The notes beneath the pieces are model-generated. The model was given only the letters and a program-made list of their open reading frames with translations. It had not been told where the DNA came from and ran no database searches. 32,000 nucleotides of DNA, from NCBI RefSeq assembly GCF_000012285.1, contig NC_007181.1:1710001-1742000 (forward strand), given 5' to 3'. Each line of letters opens with the position of its first letter. Positions within the stretch are counted from its first letter, which is position 1. The DNA comes from Sulfolobus acidocaldarius DSM 639 (GTDB taxonomy: Archaea > Thermoproteota > Thermoprotei_A > Sulfolobales > Sulfolobaceae). The position numbers and the translations under genes were made by a program. Below are positions 27,711 through 32,000 of the stretch, in pieces.

Positions 27711-28180
27711 AATGAGTTTAGAGACTTGTAGGAATAATGTCAGAGGAAGATACACTGTTTACAGTCGATGTATAGACAACAATTTTGTTATTTTGACTAA
27801 ATTAAACTGATTTCTTCCCAAGGGTATTTGAGATAGTCAATTTGTTTCGAAAAATTTCGGGTCAAATCCTCTCCTTTTTAACCACCAGTTCGCAATCCTC
27901 TTCCTTTTAACTAATGGTGACATGCTAATGAATCCTAGTAAGATAAGGTACTTAATGGTTCTTCTCCTTCTCATTAACGCTCTGGCTTCGTATAAACTCG
28001 ACCATATTATTTTTAGCATATCACTAGTTGAGATTTCATATGTAGTTTTACAATGGGTAGAATAAGGACTGATAATCCAAACAGTATAAGAATGTATTGC
28101 TAACTGACTTAATACTAATTTCCTTAAGACAGGGTCACCTTTTACGTATTCGTAAAGTATCGATAAGTCGAGCGCGAATC
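27711..28180. repeat. Segmental duplication copy 2: convergent junction of an FkbM 3' end and a GT2 3' end
   Basis: See copy 1. The FkbM part is more decayed here (gaagatacactgtttacagtcgatgtatagac versus gaagatgcaatactgaagattgactgtgaagggtgtgaaaggtatatgac). Confidence 0.55.
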
Positions 28181-28892
28181 TATTCCATATACAGAATAGT
28201 GACTTGATTTGTTTGTAATTCCCTTTTGAGAACTGGGAATTTCCAGCGCCTAACCTATATAAAGTTAATTTATCAGCAATGTGTAATAGTTGACCTTCTC
28301 TCAGTGCAGTAATGAAACACACAAAGTCAGGCGATAACTCTATCCTGTTAAATATTTGTCTGTTATTTTCGATAACGTCTCTTCTTATAGTCATAGATGA
28401 AACATTATGGTGAAGTAGAGGATATTGTTTGTATATTTTTAAAATATTTTGTTTATTTAGTATAATATTTGTGGTCGGTTGCCAGGTAATATATTACGAA
28501 AATCTATTATGGTCCATCACAACGTTCCCCTCTGTATCTATGTATTCCTGGAGATTGTGTACTGCTACCACATCTTTTTTAGATTGAAAGATTTCCTTGA
28601 CTATCTTTACTTTATCTTTGTGAAAGAGGTCGTCATCTTCCAGGAAAAATATTAAATCGCCTGTTGAAGCCCTAAAGCCTTCAATTATCTTGGTGCCATA
28701 TTTCTCGTCCTTAGACTCTATAACGTAAACTTTGTCTCTGTAAGGGACCTTGTCCGGATCGTCTGCAATGACTATGACCTCATTGGGTTTAACGCTCTGG
28801 GTAAAAACTGATTCTAGTGCAAAAGGGAGATATTGGTATCGCTTGTACACGTTGATTATCACACTAGTCTTTAGCTCACTTACCGTGCTCAT
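27837..28892 (-). pseudogene. GT2-family glycosyltransferase interrupted by a single in-frame TAA
   Basis: ORFs 28494-28892 (SVIINVYKRYQYLPFALESVFTQ..., IFFLEDDDLFHKDKV) and 27837-28394 are in the same frame. The 99 nt between them contain no further stop. Homology to the intact paralogue 6446-7402 runs across the junction (HNVSSMTIRRD versus FNVSSIVLDRN). The only lesion seen is the TAA at 28494-28496. Confidence 0.7.
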
Positions 28893-29122
28893 ACCATATT
28901 CTAGCTAAGCAGTGATATAAAACTAATGACTAAGGTTAGTTTAGTAGGGTAGTGTATACATAAACCAATGAGGGAAACTCCCTGAGTAGAGTAGCTGACC
29001 TATTAAACAGCGAGGCTTATCTTTTTCTTGTAGCCTCTTCATATCGAGTTTTCTCTAAATCAAATCTACACTAATCCAGCATACCATTAACCCTTATTTG
29101 TCTTAAAGTCATACTTAATACT

Positions 29123-29647
29123 ATGTACGTAATAAACTTAGCAGGTGATTGGGGGAAGGCGTTATTTAAGTTCTCAGAAAGTCTAGTCAATAAGCTTGGC
29201 GATAATCTGGTCATGATAATTGGACTAGAGAACGAGGATGAACTAGTTTATGATAGTAATGTTCTTGTTGTGGTTAGGAGTAAGGATGATGAGACTGTTA
29301 GGGAGATAGCTAGGACAGCACTGGAGGTGAACGCAAAGTATAAATGCTCAATAAACTTCCACGTTGCAAGTGAAAACGATAAGGAGCTCATTAAAGCCTT
29401 TCTGACGTACAGGAGTGAAGGAGAGGACTGTGATGCTTCGTTTAATTACTTCAAGGAGAAGTTGATGAAACTAGGTAATGTCGTTAGTGTAGAGTATTTT
29501 AACGGCTATGATAGTAATGTTCTTGTTGTGGTTAGGAGTAAGGATGATGAGACTGTTAGGGAGATAGCTAGGACAGCACTGGAGGTGAACGCAAAGTATA
29601 AATGCTCAATAAACTTCCACGTTGTCGAAGAAAATGAACAAGGCTGA
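29123..29647 (+). CDS. Two-domain minimal-nucleotidyltransferase-like protein with degenerate catalytic motif (putative partner of the downstream HEPN protein)
   Basis: 174-aa ORF with two MNT-like halves: LVNKLGDNLVMIIGLENEDELVYDSNVLVVV... and LMKLGNVVSVEYFNGYDSNVLVVV.... The expected hG[GS]-x9-D-x-D signature reads IGL...DSN. The gene overlaps the HEPN ORF by 14 nt. Confidence 0.55.
   Translation: MYVINLAGDWGKALFKFSESLVNKLGDNLVMIIGLENEDELVYDSNVLVVVRSKDDETVREIARTALEVNAKYKCSINFHVASENDKELIKAFLTYRSEGEDCDASFNYFKEKLMKLGNVVSVEYFNGYDSNVLVVVRSKDDETVREIARTALEVNAKYKCSINFHVVEENEQG
29249..29366 (+). repeat. 118-bp perfect direct repeat, copy 1
   Basis: Base-for-base identical to 29507-29624 (tatgatagtaatgttcttgttgtgg...aaacttccacgttg). 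The offset of 258 bp is in frame. Confidence 0.95.
29507..29624 (+). repeat. 118-bp perfect direct repeat, copy 2
   Basis: Identical to 29249-29366. The flanking bases differ on both sides (t versus c upstream, c versus t downstream). Confidence 0.95.
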
Positions 29648-29975
29648 TATTCTGCTTAACGAAGCGGAGATCGACCTAAAATTCAAGTGTTTTAACAAGT
29701 CAGTCTCAGCTTCGTATTTCGCTGTGAGAAAAGAGATAGAGTACTTAGCAATAAAGCTCGGTTCGACGATACCTAGGAGGGACGATAAGCTGATAAATAT
29801 CCTTAAACACCTGGGTAAGGATAAATTAGCTGAAGATGTGTTATACCTTTACGAGAGGAGGAAAGACGCAGATTATGGTGATACAGGTATGGATGAGGGA
29901 ATTGCGATAAACTGTCTAAATATTGCCAAGATAGTTATTACTGAGGTCAGAAGGCTCTCACAGAGTATTACCTAG
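29634..29975 (+). CDS. HEPN-domain protein (MNT-associated type)
   Basis: 113 aa from ATG 29634; the ORF track starts it at TTG 29622. It looks all-helical. The N-terminus ADILLNEAEIDLKFKCFNKSVSASYFA and the C-terminal LYERRKDADYGD...EGIAINCLNIAKIVI match the small archaeal HEPN layout (l..A..dL......a...aY.A ... R..adY....t.eeA......a). It overlaps the upstream gene. Confidence 0.6.
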   Translation: MNKADILLNEAEIDLKFKCFNKSVSASYFAVRKEIEYLAIKLGSTIPRRDDKLINILKHLGKDKLAEDVLYLYERRKDADYGDTGMDEGIAINCLNIAKIVITEVRRLSQSIT

Positions 29976-30626
29976 TCCTTTCTAATTTAGGGTAGGTTTT
30001 ATTCATGAGATACCTGAATGGAAATCGATAAACTACTTTTGCTAGATAGGGATTCAGACAAATGCAAAATTCACGTTAAACAGTCTTTCGACTTAATTGA
30101 TCTCCTCACCTCCCTGAAGGGGGAGTCTATCTCCCTCATGTAAAGAATTAAGACTTCTTGTAGTTAGGTCTTTCATAGCATTGGTAATATAATTCTCGAC
30201 TTCACACTTCACACGTCATAGTTAATGGTTTAACTAAATCCATGTTACGTCATTTCATAAGGCAACTACACTCTTCGCTTCTTAAGGTAAGAGGGGAGTC
30301 AGATGCGGAATGGATGGTTGTTAAAGAAGGGTAATTTAGTACTCACATACGGATGTATGAACATTTCTTGACTTGGGAGAGAGTAGAGAGCATATTTACG
30401 ACTTACGATGTTATTACCTGGAACAGTTATGAGTATATAGGATTTAAGTCTGACTTTAAGAGTAAGGCTGAGGTCAGGTATAATGTAGTATAGTGACCGA
30501 TAGATTGATCAATATTCATTCTGAGGTAACACATAACTAATTACTTCCTCCTCTCATATGGACGTGTTCAGAGAGTTGTAGGAATAGTGTTAGATGGAGT
30601 CAATGTTCTCAGCTCTCTCCAACACT

Positions 30627-31877
30627 CTAGCTTAGTAGCCACTTCCATAAGGGTATTGCCTTAATACCATTGATCTCGCCTTCATAGTCCCAAGTCAGTA
30701 TGATCGCATTATCGACCTTAAGCTCAGACTTAGCCTCCACTATAGCCTCAACTTCTCTATCTTCTACCCTATCACCAGCATATGTTACTTGAATTAGAGT
30801 AGTGGGACTGAAATTTCTAGCTATTACAAAGTCTATCTCCCTTTTCTTTTTCCAATAGAACACCTCTCTATACCCCCTCCTTAAGAGTTCTATAAACACT
30901 GCGTTCTCCATGGCGTGGGATATCGAGAACTCATAGCCCAAGGCTGTAGGGTAACCTGTGTCTATTATGTACAGCTTTTTCGGATTAGCTTTCCTCTTTC
31001 TCTCGCTCTTCTCGAACTCCTCTACCAAGAACGAGAAGTAAGTCTCTTTAGCCCTCTCAAAGAGTTCTATTACCGTTTCCTTTCCTATCTTAATCCCTAA
31101 GCCCTTCATGTATCCATAGACCTTATTGATAGTTATTGGTCTAGCGTAGTTGGATATCAAATAACTGGCGAAAAGTGAGGCGATATCGGGCTTAACTATC
31201 GAGAAGTCTCTAACAATAACGGAGTCAAAGTAGGATTTCAATAGCCTTAATTTCTCACTGTTCTCGATCTCAAGAACAACTGCGGGATATGAACCGTGGT
31301 ATAAGTATTCCCTTAGAAGTGATAAGATTTTACCTCTTTGAACAGTGTATTCCATTAACTTGTTGTACTCAAAGCCTTTAAACCTCAAAAACTCCTTAAA
31401 GGACAGGGGGTAAATTTCATAGTTCACACTTCTCCCCCTCAGCTCTTCAGCAATCCTAAATGGAGTCAGGCTTGATGAGGAACCAGAGAGATAGACTCTG
31501 AAATTCGATCTCTTTCTAAACCAGCTCCCGTAATTTTCTATGTTTTGTATCTCGTCCAGGAAAACGTATTTTGGCTGTTTCCCAGTAAGCTCCACAAAGA
31601 TGGTCAGGATCTTGTCCAGATCATCTACCTTGGAGCCCTTTAGTCTGTAGTCTTCAAAGTCAACGTAAAGTATTTCGTCTTGAGATGCGAGACCACTCCT
31701 CATTAGTTCTTGTATTGTTTGGTATAGCAAGAATGTCTTGCCATTTCTTCTACCTCCTGTTACAGTTATTATGTAGTCTCTCTGTAACGGTAGTGAGATA
31801 TCTCTTTTTATAATGTTTGGTAATGAGGAGGTTAACCACTCTGCAATGTAACTCCTAAACCTCTCTTCTGGTACCAC
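30627..31877 (-). CDS. AAA+ ATPase of the AAA_14 / DUF4143 type
   Basis: 416-aa ORF. It has a Walker A-like motif VTGGRRNGKTFLL, a Walker B-like motif YVFLDEIQ, and a C-terminal region (FYWKKKREIDFVI...) typical of the DUF4143 nuclease-like domain fused to these archaeal ATPases. Confidence 0.75.
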   Translation of the reverse strand: MVPEERFRSYIAEWLTSSLPNIIKRDISLPLQRDYIITVTGGRRNGKTFLLYQTIQELMRSGLASQDEILYVDFEDYRLKGSKVDDLDKILTIFVELTGKQPKYVFLDEIQNIENYGSWFRKRSNFRVYLSGSSSSLTPFRIAEELRGRSVNYEIYPLSFKEFLRFKGFEYNKLMEYTVQRGKILSLLREYLYHGSYPAVVLEIENSEKLRLLKSYFDSVIVRDFSIVKPDIASLFASYLISNYARPITINKVYGYMKGLGIKIGKETVIELFERAKETYFSFLVEEFEKSERKRKANPKKLYIIDTGYPTALGYEFSISHAMENAVFIELLRRGYREVFYWKKKREIDFVIARNFSPTTLIQVTYAGDRVEDREVEAIVEAKSELKVDNAIILTWDYEGEINGIKAIPLWKWLLS

Positions 31878-32000
31878 AAAAGTTATAAGAACCTAGGCTA
31901 ATAAGTCTAATTCTGACCACTTTAACGTTAAGACTGGTCTGTTAGAGACCATGTTTTTATAATGATGTATATAAGAAAATTAATAAATAGTTTAAAACAA

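Noticed and set aside
29622-29633. TTG at 29622 as the HEPN start (as in the ORF track)
   Set aside because: The in-frame ATG at 29634 gives a typical HEPN N-terminus, and ATG is the more common start. The TTG extension (MSKK) lies inside repeat copy 2. It cannot be excluded without data.
30915-31100. 61-aa ORF antisense to the AAA+ ATPase gene
   Set aside because: It is a shadow ORF.
1-32000. Search for CRISPR arrays, rRNA or tRNA genes, and replication-origin ORB elements
   Set aside because: I saw no regularly spaced 24-37-nt repeats. There are no G+C-rich structured RNA-gene-like islands and no ORB-like inverted repeats flanking the AT-rich block at 17.5-18.0 kb. The only repeats found are those reported above.

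Overview
AT-rich archaeal accessory region that looks Sulfolobales-like. Support: TTTATA-type boxes about 24-30 nt upstream of start codons, sequon-rich surface proteins, a nucleotidyltransferase-like/HEPN pair and a DUF4143-type ATPase. Species cannot be assigned from sequence alone. Nt 1-23,780 is a large surface-glycan or exopolysaccharide-type locus. It holds three GT2 genes (one partial at the left edge, Dol-P-hexose-synthase-like), five GT4 (GT-B) genes, one FkbM-type methyltransferase and a sequon-rich anchored exoprotein. Its most striking content is four 757-816 aa polytopic membrane proteins forming two paralogue pairs: 2336-4666 with 8771-11044, and 12488-14938 with 15044-17485. The second pair is DUF2079-like, convergent, and each member carries a duplicated C-terminal soluble module. 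I see no Wzx/Wzy/ABC exporter or AglB-type enzyme, so these GT-C-like giants are my best candidate for an undescribed extracytoplasmic glycan-assembly system. An ORF-free, very AT-rich 2.2 kb stretch (17.5-19.7 kb) carries what looks like a decayed IS200/IS605 tnpB remnant. Nt 23.8-28.9 kb is a gene graveyard. It contains an FkbM pseudogene, a GT2 3' remnant, a fragmented sulfatase-family gene, a CysD/PAPS-reductase-like gene whose second codon is TGA, and a GT2 gene split by one in-frame TAA. Two decayed copies of a convergent FkbM/GT2 junction bracket this region. The right end (29.1-31.9 kb) has higher G+C. It encodes a two-domain nucleotidyltransferase-like protein containing a perfect 118-bp internal direct repeat, an overlapping HEPN gene and an AAA+ (DUF4143-type) ATPase. 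I saw no rRNA, tRNA or CRISPR array. All functional calls rest on motif recognition by eye; no database search was run.
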